The notes: a model not told the origin generated them from the letters alone. DNA of 64,000 bases from Nitrospirota bacterium (GCA_963701855.1 CAVPBK010000004.1:288001-352000); one strand, 5' to 3'. Shown: positions 1 to 9,484, counted from the stretch's first letter. Translations and numbers: made by a program.

Positions 1-1
1 G

Positions 2-136
2 GCTTGCGCCAGCAACGAACCTAAACCTCTTCCGCAGCCGACTCCGGACCAAGTCCGGGGCCATGCGGATCGGGCGTTTGAAAAACTCAAGCAAGAAGAA
101 CAGGAACGAGCCGCCCAACCATCAGTACCACGTTAG
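2..136 (+). CDS. 3' part of a small putative lipoprotein (truncated by window edge)
   Basis: Frame 2 reads ACASNEPKPLPQPTPDQVRGHADRAFEKLKQEEQERAAQPSVPR* (TAG 134-136); lipobox-like AC at the start; converges on the MFS gene. Confidence 0.5.
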   Translation, partial: ACASNEPKPLPQPTPDQVRGHADRAFEKLKQEEQERAAQPSVPR

Positions 137-147
137 TCGCCGGAACC

Positions 148-1551
148 CTACCGAGTCGATTTTGGCAGGGTCCAGACCACAAACCGAGCAACGGGCTTCA
201 CCAGCGGCAATTCCCAAAGGAGCCGTTGTCGAGATGCTCGCTCCACTTGGCGCGCTTCATGGAAGGTGCCAAGAATGCTGGCTGAGACCAGCAGCCGCAA
301 GACGCCTGAAAGGAAGAAAACATAAGGCAAATTGGATACAGACTCGAAAACGACCCCTCCCCACTCAATACGTGCAGGAAGACGCTCTACCAGCCAACTC
401 CCCAGTAAGGCTCCCACCGACCATCCCACTGCATTGACCGTACTATATAGCGCAGTGGCTTTTGCGCGGTCCTCAGGCCTAACCGAATCGAACACATAGT
501 TCTGCAGTCCCAATGCCAAGCCGGCCCAAATGACGCCGCCTAAAAAATTGACTGCCAAAAGAAAGCCTAGATTCGTGCTCACAAGGTAGAGCATCGGCAA
601 GAATGGTACCGTAAAACCGGTGATGGACAACAAGGCTTTGTTTCCGAAGCGGTCCCCAAATTGGCCCCAGGCCTGCAAGGTGAGGAGTTGACCGAGGAGG
701 CCGGCAGCCAGCCATCCCCCGTAGCCGATATAAGACAGATGGAGATCCTGTAACATATAAAGGACGAAAAACGGGCCGGCAATTAACACAGCCGCGTGCA
801 TCAAGCCTGAGAAAAGCAGGAAACGACGGAAGTCCTTCGTCGCGCTCAGACGGAAGAAGCCGCGAAATCCTTGCTGAGCCTCCTGGTGTGCAGTCTGATG
901 CACATCTTGAACAGGGGACAAAGTCATGGCCGAGAGGATCCGAGCGCTTCCAGCCAAGGTGAAGATCAGCACGAATCCCCACCAGGCAGCGGTAGAATGT
1001 TGCCAAAGGCTCAGTACCCCTCCGGCTCCACAGAGCGCAAAGAAGCTGAGACCGGCAATGATTTTGGCTCGGCGCGCGAAATAGGCGCCCCGTTCATGCT
1101 GGTCGAGCCAATCCGCGATCAAGCTATTCCAAGCAGGCGTGGTGAAGTGAGTGCAAGCAAAATACGCGACAGCTCCACCGACGACGAGCCATGGACCCCA
1201 CTGCGGAAACAGGAGCGGCAGAAGCACAATGGGAATCCAGACGAATGCTTGCCCAACGGTGCCGGCAAAAATGAGCGCTTTGCGATCGGGGAACCATTGC
1301 AACAACTTCACGGAGGCAAGTTGGGCTCCTGTACCGATAAGCTGGGGCAATGCCGACAGCACACTTAACTGGAATGGACTTGCCTGCAGGAGCAGCGCAA
1401 ACGCTGAGAGATATTGTTCTCCGCTTCCTTGCGTGATGGCCTGGCAGGCACCATCTCGGAGGCCGTAGCGACGTCCTTGCTCGCCGGCACTCTGGGCCTG
1501 GGAATTACTTGGCACACACTCTTGCGGACGTTCAGGCCATGTCGGACGCAC
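148..1551 (-). CDS. MFS transporter
   Basis: 467 aa, about 12 hydrophobic segments, WGQFGDRFGNK motif-A-like loop. Confidence 0.85.
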   Translation of the reverse strand: MRPTWPERPQECVPSNSQAQSAGEQGRRYGLRDGACQAITQGSGEQYLSAFALLLQASPFQLSVLSALPQLIGTGAQLASVKLLQWFPDRKALIFAGTVGQAFVWIPIVLLPLLFPQWGPWLVVGGAVAYFACTHFTTPAWNSLIADWLDQHERGAYFARRAKIIAGLSFFALCGAGGVLSLWQHSTAAWWGFVLIFTLAGSARILSAMTLSPVQDVHQTAHQEAQQGFRGFFRLSATKDFRRFLLFSGLMHAAVLIAGPFFVLYMLQDLHLSYIGYGGWLAAGLLGQLLTLQAWGQFGDRFGNKALLSITGFTVPFLPMLYLVSTNLGFLLAVNFLGGVIWAGLALGLQNYVFDSVRPEDRAKATALYSTVNAVGWSVGALLGSWLVERLPARIEWGGVVFESVSNLPYVFFLSGVLRLLVSASILGTFHEARQVERASRQRLLWELPLVKPVARFVVWTLPKSTR

Positions 1552-1706
1552 AGGATCCTTTCCTGAGAGAGAGCTCTGATCGAGCGTAGCATAGACAGGG
1601 GCGTAGAGCGTACATAGATGAGCGGCTTGGTCAGTTGGTGATTGACCCCTTACTGATCTCTCGATACCATAACGAAACGAATGAACAACGGTTCATGGTA
1701 GCTATC

Positions 1707-2342
1707 ATGACAAAGGTCAGAAGGAAAGAGACGAAAACTCTATTGACAGTACTTGCCGGCCTGAGCGTTGTCATGTGTGGCTGGCAGGAAGTCGACGCGC
1801 GAGATCTGTTCTCGCCGAAGGAGCAAGCGACAACCGAAATCGATCCCACGCAAAGCCCGTCGTTCGACGAACAAAAGCAGGGTATCCCGCAATCCCTGTT
1901 TACCTGGATCAAGATGGCCAAAGGATATGATATCGAGTGGGATACGTTCGGACGGAAAGGCTGGTATACGCAAGATCCCCGGCTGAAGCCCATCGAACCA
2001 GGATCGGTATTTTCTCGGGATATTCCCGCGATCTATATTGTGTTCGAGTCAGCCCCGCTGGAAGATCCTGCCCAGTTCAGCGCACAATGGTTTCTGGAGG
2101 GGGAAAAGGGTGTCCTCTCATCCGTACCGCTCGGCAAAGATACCTTGGAAGTGCCGGGGCATGAACGCTATGGATTCCTGGAACTCAAGAAATCTGGAAA
2201 CGCCTGGGCCGTGGGGACGTATCTGGTGAAACTGTTCATCACGCCGCTTGGACAACAGTCTTTTCATGCGAGCAATCAAGTGGGTACCATGCGGTTTACT
2301 ATTGTCGAGGGTTCTGCTCCTGCAGGCATGAATCCGCGCTAG
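1707..2342 (+). CDS. Exported hypothetical protein (start uncertain, ORF open from 1635)
   Basis: Basic N-terminus plus hydrophobic signal-like segment, beta-rich C-terminus. Confidence 0.7.
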   Translation: MTKVRRKETKTLLTVLAGLSVVMCGWQEVDARDLFSPKEQATTEIDPTQSPSFDEQKQGIPQSLFTWIKMAKGYDIEWDTFGRKGWYTQDPRLKPIEPGSVFSRDIPAIYIVFESAPLEDPAQFSAQWFLEGEKGVLSSVPLGKDTLEVPGHERYGFLELKKSGNAWAVGTYLVKLFITPLGQQSFHASNQVGTMRFTIVEGSAPAGMNPR

Positions 2343-2433
2343 CCCCACGCCTTTCGTTCACATATTGGTGAGTGCGGCAGAAGCGCTCATGAATAATGCG
2401 GATGAAGCAGGGAAAAGGAGCAGAAGGAGCGGA

Positions 2434-2718
2434 ATGGGAGATCGGATCAAAGTCACGGATCAAGAGAAGCTGACATTGCTCTATGAGCGATTCAGAGACG
2501 TGTGTCTGGTCGAGAAAGAAGTCTGGAAAGAGATTTTCATGCCGCGGGAGATCACCCATGGGCCTGTCAGAACGAACATGCAAGATCGCTATGACGTGGA
2601 AATCGACGATCAAGCGATTGAAGACACACTCGATGCGAACATTCCTCGAGGCAGTCAAGCCCTGGCTGCCGCGATTCAGGAATACCGAACGCACATTTCA
2701 TTTTATCGAAAAGCCTAA
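2434..2718 (+). CDS. Hypothetical protein
   Basis: AGGAG RBS before ATG 2434; protein-like composition. Confidence 0.7.
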   Translation: MGDRIKVTDQEKLTLLYERFRDVCLVEKEVWKEIFMPREITHGPVRTNMQDRYDVEIDDQAIEDTLDANIPRGSQALAAAIQEYRTHISFYRKA

Positions 2719-2785
2719 CCCGTATTATTCATGAAAATTCTTTGCGAAAGCGTGCAGAGCGAGGCGAGACGGGCACTCGGAGACC

Positions 2786-2839
2786 GGGGACTGGCTCCTC
2801 AGACGGGGACAGGCACCAAGAAGAAGGGTGCCTGTCCCC
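2786..2839. repeat. REP-like palindrome cluster
   Basis: GGGGACAGGCACC (2805-2817) / GGTGCCTGTCCCC (2827-2839) perfect 13-bp stem; variant GGGGACTGGCTCC at 2786-2798; lies between convergent genes. Confidence 0.65.
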
Positions 2840-2934
2840 AACAGTATATCGAAGGGCTGAACGGCGAGACAGCCCGTTGCAACCATGTATCCGCGCTTAC
2901 AGCAGAAGCTTCATGAATAATGCGTGTAAGGGAT

Positions 2935-3552
2935 TTAGCGGGACGCAAGCACTCGCTCGACATCTTGCGCGATCTCAGGCGCAAACGGCTTCGTGCGGTG
3001 ATGGTATCGGGCGACGACCATTCCTGAACGATCGACTAAATACTTCTGGAAATTCCATTCCACCTCTCCGGGGAATTGGCTCTGTTCAGTCAGATATCGG
3101 TAGAGCGGATGTTTATCGTTCCCCTTGACGCTGATCTTGCTGAAAAGTGGAAACGATAGGCTGTACTTGGTGTAACAGAAAGTTTTAATCTCTGCGTTCG
3201 TCCCCGGCTCCTGCTGTCCGAAGTTGTTCGCGGGGAATGCCAAGATCTCAAAGCCCTTCTCCCGATACTGTTCATACATCTTTTCGAGGTCGGCATATTG
3301 CGGCGTATTGCCGCAGAAGCTGGCTGTGTTGACCAGCAACAGCACCTTGCCGCGGAACTGGCTCAGGGAAACCGGCTTCCCATCGATATCGTTCAGCGTA
3401 AAGTCATAGACCATGGGCGTCTGTGCTGCCATATGTATGGTCCCTTCTTGCTTTGCCTGTGCGAGGCTCGGCTCAAGCAGATCGCTCGATCCACCACCGG
3501 CAACCAATCCAATTGCAGTGAGTAAGCCTCCCACTATATGACGAATCCCCAT
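2935..3552 (-). CDS. Glutathione peroxidase-family protein (Cys type, with signal peptide)
   Basis: VNTASFCG, FPANNFGQQEPG and WNFQKYLVD motifs. Confidence 0.92.
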   Translation of the reverse strand: MGIRHIVGGLLTAIGLVAGGGSSDLLEPSLAQAKQEGTIHMAAQTPMVYDFTLNDIDGKPVSLSQFRGKVLLLVNTASFCGNTPQYADLEKMYEQYREKGFEILAFPANNFGQQEPGTNAEIKTFCYTKYSLSFPLFSKISVKGNDKHPLYRYLTEQSQFPGEVEWNFQKYLVDRSGMVVARYHHRTKPFAPEIAQDVERVLASR

Positions 3553-3566
3553 CAGGCACCTCGCGG

Positions 3567-4454
3567 TTAGAGCCTCTCCAAGGCATTAATGCGCGCTTCA
3601 ACCGGCGGATGCGTCGCAAAGAGGCGCATGAATCCCGATGAATTACCGGAGATCTTCATCGTCGCGAGCGCATCCTGTCCTGCGTACTCGACCTGTGACC
3701 GGGTCACCCATCGATCGATCGCACGAAGGGCCGAGATCATCGAGTCCTTGCCGTACACCTTGGCGGAAAAGGCATCTGCGCCATATTCACGCTGCCGCGA
3801 AAACCAGCAGATCAGGACCGAGGCCATGATACTAACGACGATCTGGATCACGATCGATATTCCAAAACCGAGCATCGCTTGATCGCGTTCTGCAAAGAAC
3901 CGGCGCACCCACATCGCGATGTAGTACACGAAGGTATTCATCAGCCCCGCCAACACGGTCGTCGCAAACATGTCTCCATTGTAGACGTGTCCCATTTCGT
4001 GGGCGAGGACGGCTCGCACTTCCTGCTCTTGTAGATTGCTCAACAATCCAGTCGAGACGGCCACCATCGAGTTGTTCTTGCTGGGGCCGGTCGCAAAAGC
4101 GTTGGGATCGGGAGACTCGTAGACCCACACCTCAGGCATCGTAATGTGAAGCCGTTGCGCAATCTCCTGGACGGTACCGTAAATGACTTGTTCGGCTTGC
4201 GACCGAGGTTGCGTGATCTGGCGGCAATCCAACATAGCCCGCGCCATCTGTTTGGAGAAGGCCAAACTGATAAAGGCGCCACCAAAGCCGAAGGCAAGAG
4301 CCCAGACTAACGAGCTGAGATCGACCAATCCTCGCAGATCGACTCCGAACATGGGAAGAACGACATTGATCAGCACCGGTACGGTGAGCGAAAGCGTCAC
4401 CATGATTAGGATATTGGCCGCCAGCAGTAGGAATATGCCTTTCATCCACTTCAT
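3567..4454 (-). CDS. htpX: Membrane zinc protease HtpX
   Basis: PNAFATG, HEMGH (HExxH), FSRQREYGAD, FATHPP. Confidence 0.93.
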   Translation of the reverse strand: MKWMKGIFLLLAANILIMVTLSLTVPVLINVVLPMFGVDLRGLVDLSSLVWALAFGFGGAFISLAFSKQMARAMLDCRQITQPRSQAEQVIYGTVQEIAQRLHITMPEVWVYESPDPNAFATGPSKNNSMVAVSTGLLSNLQEQEVRAVLAHEMGHVYNGDMFATTVLAGLMNTFVYYIAMWVRRFFAERDQAMLGFGISIVIQIVVSIMASVLICWFSRQREYGADAFSAKVYGKDSMISALRAIDRWVTRSQVEYAGQDALATMKISGNSSGFMRLFATHPPVEARINALERL

Positions 4455-4675
4455 CGAGATCCTCCTTCACGACTATGTACTCGCCTCGTCATTCGGGCGA
4501 GTCACCAATGAGAGTCATTATACTAACCGATTTCCTGAAATACATCTCAATCGAGATTGCGATGACGATGTAGGAGAGGAAATAACCCCTTTAATGCCAA
4601 GGTCAAGACGCTGGAAGTGCCTGAAACTCCTGGGCAAAGTTGACCCATTCCCGTCCTTCCTGTTAGAACTGGCTC

Positions 4676-5116
4676 ATGCAGAAGGCGTCTAGGCGATGGC
4701 TCTATATCTCGGCGATTGTCTGGTTGCTCACATCGATTGACATGACATTCGTTCATGCGGTGGAACTCTCTCCGTCCAGCCCTCCTGTGATGATCCCGAT
4801 GGCGGCAGACGGAATGCAGCGAGCTACGGTCATACTTGATAGCTACTCGTATACCCCAAACCATTTGATTGTTGAAGCTGGGAAGCCGGTTGAACTGACG
4901 TTGACCAGCGTGACGACGATTATCCCGCACAATTTCATCATCAAGGACCAATCGGGAAGCCTATCCGTCGAACAGGATGTCAGTGCCGGCAAAACGGTCA
5001 TCATTACATTTACACCGACGCAGCCTGGCATATTTCCCATCTACTGCGACAAACGGCTCTGGCCGTTGCCCAGCCATCGCGACAAAGGGATGGAAGGGAA
5101 GCTGGAAGTGCGATAG
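4676..5116 (+). CDS. Periplasmic cupredoxin-domain protein
   Basis: Signal peptide; PHNF ... YC ... H ... GMEG type-1 copper ligand pattern. Confidence 0.85.
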   Translation: MQKASRRWLYISAIVWLLTSIDMTFVHAVELSPSSPPVMIPMAADGMQRATVILDSYSYTPNHLIVEAGKPVELTLTSVTTIIPHNFIIKDQSGSLSVEQDVSAGKTVIITFTPTQPGIFPIYCDKRLWPLPSHRDKGMEGKLEVR

Positions 5117-5118
5117 AT

Positions 5119-6165
5119 GTGGCTACGAGCATAGAGACCTCCAAGCAGGACCTGCTCCGCGATCTCCTCAAGCAAGTATCTCGTCTCTTCTACACGACGC
5201 TGGTCGTAGTTCCAGCAGATGTGCGCGATCAAGTCAGCCTCGCCTACCTCTTTGCCCGTGCAGCAGACACAATTGCAGACACGGAGTTGATCGATCGTCC
5301 ACGCCGGCTGGACTTACTCGGTCAACTTAAAGCTCAGTTCGTAAGTGATCAGATCGCCTGGACTCAGGTCCGAGACATCCAGCAAGCAGTGGCACCCATC
5401 CAACAGAACTCTGCCGAGCGTATCCTGCTCGAACAGCTGGAAGATTGCTTCAAGCTCTTCCAGACCTTTTCGCCGGACGATCGCCGCCGCATACAACGGC
5501 TCATGTCCACACTGACGCAAGGCATGGAGATGGACCTCGTCGTCTTTCCCGGCACATCAGCCGTAGATCTCACGGTCCTCAAGACGCTCGACGATCTGGA
5601 CCGCTATACCTATTACGTGGCCGGCTGTGTGGGCGAGTTCTGGACAGACTTGATGTGCGCGCACCGGAAGGCGTTGGCCTCATGGAAGGTGCGGGAGATG
5701 TCGGAGGTCGGCGTGAGATTTGGAAAGGGCCTCCAGCTCACGAACATTGTAAAAGATATCGCGCACGATCTTCAGAAAGGCCGCTGCTATGTGCCGGCGC
5801 CCATGCTGGCCGAAGCCGGACTCACCGCACGGGACTTACTGGACCAGCGGAACCGTGCACGTTTTCAGCCGGTCCTGAGTAAGCTTGTCCGTATGGCGGT
5901 GGAGCATCTTGACCAAGGCTGGCTCTACGCCATGTCGATTCCACGGCATGAAACTCGTCTGCGCTTGTCCTGCATGTGGCCGATTCTTTCTGCCGGCGAA
6001 TCGCTGAAGCTCGTCATGAATTCGCCTGATCTCTTGAACCCCGCAATCAAAGTCAAAATCCCACGGAGCCAGGTCTATCAAATTATGGCCCTCACGACAG
6101 GCACCTTCGCCTGCGGATACGTGGGAACGGCCTGCTGGGGACGGTTGCGGAAGCAGATCATGTAA
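5119..6165 (+). CDS. Squalene/phytoene synthase family protein
   Basis: VSRLF, RAADTIAD, YTYYVAGCVG, GLQLTNIVKDIAHD. Confidence 0.9.
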   Translation: MATSIETSKQDLLRDLLKQVSRLFYTTLVVVPADVRDQVSLAYLFARAADTIADTELIDRPRRLDLLGQLKAQFVSDQIAWTQVRDIQQAVAPIQQNSAERILLEQLEDCFKLFQTFSPDDRRRIQRLMSTLTQGMEMDLVVFPGTSAVDLTVLKTLDDLDRYTYYVAGCVGEFWTDLMCAHRKALASWKVREMSEVGVRFGKGLQLTNIVKDIAHDLQKGRCYVPAPMLAEAGLTARDLLDQRNRARFQPVLSKLVRMAVEHLDQGWLYAMSIPRHETRLRLSCMWPILSAGESLKLVMNSPDLLNPAIKVKIPRSQVYQIMALTTGTFACGYVGTACWGRLRKQIM

Positions 6166-6254
6166 GCCGGCGGCGGAAGTAACGCCCCCACCCTTCCTGG
6201 CAGAGCATTCAAGCACGGCTTTTCGCAAACAACGGCTTTCCGCTTTGGGCCAGT

Positions 6255-6548
6255 ATGACTACGCGCCTATCCACCGGGCTGCACGTCGAAGACATCAAAA
6301 AACTCCTGGCGATACTGCAGAAGCTGGTGAATAGCGGCAATACGGTGAATACGGTGGTGGTGGAATACAACCTCGACGTCATCAAGTCAGCTAATTGGAT
6401 TGTCGACCTAGGACCTGAAGGCGAATCGACGGGCGGACACATCGTGGCAGAAGGACGACCGGAACAGGTGGCGAAGGTGGCACCCTCTTACACGGGACAA
6501 TTCCTAGCAGGCAGGCTCATACCAGCTGCTTACAACAATGATTGCTGA
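6255..6548 (+). pseudogene. uvrA: C-terminal fragment of UvrA
   Basis: [65 protein letters not shown] matches the UvrA C-terminus; only 97 aa; conserved EH changed to EY. Confidence 0.85.
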
Positions 6549-6575
6549 CACCTTTGCTCTCACCGGTGGTCGAGA

Positions 6576-6601
6576 GTGCAGGGGTCTCACGCCCCCTGCA
6601 C
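6576..6601. terminator. Hairpin between convergent uvrA fragment and DUF1566 gene
   Basis: GTGCAGGGG...CCCCTGCAC stem. Confidence 0.5.
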
Positions 6602-6634
6602 CCCAATGAGCAAATCCTTCCAATCACCGAAACC

Positions 6635-7210
6635 TCAATAAGTATCCGCATTCATCGGACCACGCACACACCAGGCGAGGTTCGTGCTGGTCACAGGTTC
6701 CTCGTCTACTAGGCCAGTATGGAAGTACACGTGCCACGCGAGAGTAGGATCCCATGCAACCGCCGTTGCCGACCAATAGGGGGCCCTCTGGACTCCGGGA
6801 AAGACGCTAAGTGGGACAAACGGCGCCAGCAACGACGGATCCTGCACGCTCTTTAACTCCACCACCGAAGGCAGCCGCCAGCCTGCTGTGCCCCCGACCA
6901 TCTTGTTTGCACAATATGAGCTTGCGGAGGTGGAGGATGCGCCGCTCCAGGGTCTGTTGTTGACATCAGGCGTCTGCTCCCACACCAGCCCCGTTTCGCG
7001 ATCCAAGACCGCTTCGTTGTTGAAATCTGCCAACACCACGAATCGTTTAGCGGATGGGATTTTGTTGCTCCACGATTTCAGGTGGGGCTGCGTCGATGGG
7101 TCAATCGTAGTCGAGTTCTCCGCACCTACTGGTGCGGTGAGAATCAGAGTGGCACCAATAACGAGAGTGCCGAGGACATAGGTGAGGTAGCTTCTTCTGC
7201 TGTGCATCAT
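6635..7210 (-). CDS. Secreted DUF1566 (Lcl C-terminal) domain protein
   Basis: Signal peptide; VLDRETGLVWEQ, YC..GWRLPSVVELKS, YWSAT, AWCVRG; AGGAG RBS before ATG 7210. Confidence 0.85.
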   Translation of the reverse strand: MMHSRRSYLTYVLGTLVIGATLILTAPVGAENSTTIDPSTQPHLKSWSNKIPSAKRFVVLADFNNEAVLDRETGLVWEQTPDVNNRPWSGASSTSASSYCANKMVGGTAGWRLPSVVELKSVQDPSLLAPFVPLSVFPGVQRAPYWSATAVAWDPTLAWHVYFHTGLVDEEPVTSTNLAWCVRGPMNADTY

Positions 7211-7393
7211 GATGGTTCTCCTGTGTGGTGGGGTGATGTAACGAGCGGTCACAGCGATGAGAGGAACGACGCTATGCTTTAACACCCAATAAAGCAATGC
7301 CGCATTAGTGGTACATGACAGAACAGCTGCATACACTCTCAAATCTCCATCGCCGCAGTGGTGCACTCGACGCGATGTCAGCCGCCATGCTCG

Positions 7394-7522
7394 TCACGAT
7401 GACATTTTCGCAGTCGAAGTCAGCGCGCTGCGAGTCGAGATTGCTTTTACCTTCTTGGATCCAACGCCCCTTGTGCAGTCAGCGAGTGAGATTACCGCTG
7501 GCCCAAGCCATAGCATCTTCAT
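7394..7522 (-). pseudogene. Small ORF with strong RBS; probably a frameshifted lipoprotein-like gene
   Basis: AAGGAGGT RBS then MKMLWLGPAVISLADCTRG...; adding one G in the GGGG run gives CTRGRWIQEGKSNLDSQRADFDCENVIV... Confidence 0.45.
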
Positions 7523-7542
7523 GCCACCTCCTTGTGGAAGCC

Positions 7543-7578
7543 AAGCTATCACTTAGATGTGACAGAATATGTCACATC
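7543..7578 (-). promoter_or_regulatory. Palindromic operator plus -10 element (candidate WYL-activated promoter 2)
   Basis: Perfect 9-bp inverted repeat GATGTGACA-N5-TGTCACATC (7556-7578); minus strand reads TGTCAC-N10-TAGCTT. Confidence 0.7.
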
Positions 7579-7687
7579 CCTTTGAGACAATGATTGGAGC
7601 AGGATTATCGAGGAGCGACAGAGGCAGGTGAGAGCTGATAAAGACCTGATGCGTTTTGCTCTTTCATCCTGGAAGTGATTCGATTTT

Positions 7688-8545
7688 TTAGATTGTCACA
7701 CGATAACGAGCTGCGAGTCTTTCGACATGAGCCTTCAGCCATGGTGGCTCAGTCTGATTGCGCCATGATTCCCAGAGTTCAGCGTATGTAAGCATCTCGA
7801 ATGAAGGCGCTATGGGCCTAATCCAGTTCCTGAAATCATCGACTTCCATGCGATGTTTTCTGAATTCTTGGATGTCAGACCAATTCATTGGTTCCCAGAA
7901 AAGGTAAAGAAGAGAGCGCTTGCTCTCCTGGAAAGTATGAAACAAACCCAACCAGTGTTTAATCAGTTGCGCGGCATCCAGATAGTGATAGCGATCTGGG
8001 TGCCGGCGTAACTCCTCTATGTAAGGGAGCCAAGATGCCGTGCGCGAGTCGTCCTTGATGTTGTCATATGCGGCCACGAATTTTGCGATCTTTGGAGTCA
8101 GGTACTCCAGGCATTTAGATTCAATTCCAAGAACCACTTGCCCTGCCGTGAGCAGAGCGTCCAGATGAGGAGGGGTTCCTTGTAGGCCTGTCGGACATTT
8201 AGCTTCGAACTTCATTGCTGCAAATCTCTCGTGTCCTTTGATGCGCAAGCTTCCGGGATCAGCTCGCCATCGTGCGAACGTGTTCACCACTAATGCTGAG
8301 GATGAACGAATGGCCGCCATTTTTTCAGGAGCCCCTTTCTGTGGCTCCATTTCCTGCCCCCCGTTCTTATAGTCCTCCTTAAACAGTGAGCAAGTGATTC
8401 CCTCTACGAGATTGGCTTCAAAGTTCTCGGCATAGAACTCACGATCGTCACCTGTGCCCACCTCATGTAGAGCATGGTCGCCTTTCAGGCGAGCAAAGTT
8501 GTCTCGAAGCCCTCGTTTACACCTGTCAAGCACAGAATTATTCAT
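7688..8545 (-). CDS. PD-(D/E)xK restriction-endonuclease-like protein (resembles PGN_0703 family)
   Basis: SSSALVVNTF, FEAKCPTG, PPHLDALL..GIESKCLE, YLDAAQLIKH, LLYLFWEP; overlaps the SurE-like stop by 8 nt. Confidence 0.7.
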   Translation of the reverse strand: MNNSVLDRCKRGLRDNFARLKGDHALHEVGTGDDREFYAENFEANLVEGITCSLFKEDYKNGGQEMEPQKGAPEKMAAIRSSSALVVNTFARWRADPGSLRIKGHERFAAMKFEAKCPTGLQGTPPHLDALLTAGQVVLGIESKCLEYLTPKIAKFVAAYDNIKDDSRTASWLPYIEELRRHPDRYHYLDAAQLIKHWLGLFHTFQESKRSLLYLFWEPMNWSDIQEFRKHRMEVDDFRNWIRPIAPSFEMLTYAELWESWRNQTEPPWLKAHVERLAARYRVTI

Positions 8546-9380
8546 AGAGTGAACCTCGGTTTGAGTCCTTCACCGCAAGGGTGACCGAATTTGACCATAC
8601 TCCATTCTTGAATCCATTTAAACAGGCATTATTCAACTCGCAAGCCCAGCGCACTGAATCGGCCGAAGTGTTCAGAGGCCTAACCAGTGGAGGGACAACA
8701 TTCAGACAGAGAGGTGACACAACGATGTACCCACGTTCAAGTTCTGTCACATCGCATCCCTCTGTCTTCCTGCTCTCAGCCTTAAATGGACGGAACCGGG
8801 AGTGATAGGCGACGGAACATACTTTCCAGCCCTTCGGATTGCTCGCTGGAAAATTGACATTCCAACACAACCCTGTCGCTCTGGGCCCATTTCTTAGGAA
8901 CGTGCGGATAAATGCGATCTTGTCATCGAGTTGCAGGCGGTACCTTTTTGAATTCATCGCCTCCTGATGATCACACTGCTGCGAGAAGGCCACCGCCGCC
9001 GTTCCGAAAAATGTCGAGGCGAGCATGGCCATCCCTACTGTCCCCGAATGAAACACATCCATTCCAATATTCTCGCCATGATTGATTCCGGTTAACACCA
9101 GATCGAAACTCCCATTTTTCAGAAATCGTTCAGGCTCCCCTAAGGCAAGATAAATCAAGTCTGCGGGTCTCGCATCACAGACATAAAAGTGAGAAGCGAC
9201 TTCCTCAACGACAAAATCATCAAGTAGTTGTGGCGTAACGGAAAGGCCCTGGCCCCCCACAGATTTCCTGGGCACAAAGGTTACGATTGTTGCATCTGGA
9301 TAGGCCGCTTCCGTTGCGGTTTGGAGTGCTTTCAACCCCTCAGAACCAGGTCCGTCATCATTTGCGATTAGAATATTCAT
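8538..9380 (-). CDS. Divergent SurE-family nucleotidase/phosphatase
   Basis: MNILIANDDG, RPADLI, TGINHGENIG..HSGTVG, WNVNFP; atypical C-terminus; no pcm/nlpD neighbours. Confidence 0.85.
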   Translation of the reverse strand: MNILIANDDGPGSEGLKALQTATEAAYPDATIVTFVPRKSVGGQGLSVTPQLLDDFVVEEVASHFYVCDARPADLIYLALGEPERFLKNGSFDLVLTGINHGENIGMDVFHSGTVGMAMLASTFFGTAAVAFSQQCDHQEAMNSKRYRLQLDDKIAFIRTFLRNGPRATGLCWNVNFPASNPKGWKVCSVAYHSRFRPFKAESRKTEGCDVTELERGYIVVSPLCLNVVPPLVRPLNTSADSVRWACELNNACLNGFKNGVWSNSVTLAVKDSNRGSLYE

Positions 9381-9420
9381 CTCGTCAGTCTCCGTGGGAT
9401 GTCTATTAGGAATGACCGGA

Positions 9421-9455
9421 AGTCTACTACCTGGGCATGACAGAATACGTCACGC
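9421..9455 (-). promoter_or_regulatory. Palindromic operator plus -10 element (candidate WYL-activated promoter 1)
   Basis: Minus strand GCGTGACGTATTCTGTCATGC, then TGTCAT-N10-TAGACT; 15/16 identical to the core of the 7556-7578 site. Confidence 0.7.
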
Positions 9456-9484
9456 TGTCTGGAAAGCCGTTAGGAGGAACACCG

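Noticed and set aside
7235..7255. Third copy of the WYL palindrome upstream of the DUF1566 gene (GATGTAACGAGCGGTCACAGC)
   Set aside because: The spacer is 2 nt shorter and there is no matching -10 at the same distance.
7556..7578. CRP/FNR site
   Set aside because: TGTGA and TCACA are separated by 9 nt, not the required 6.
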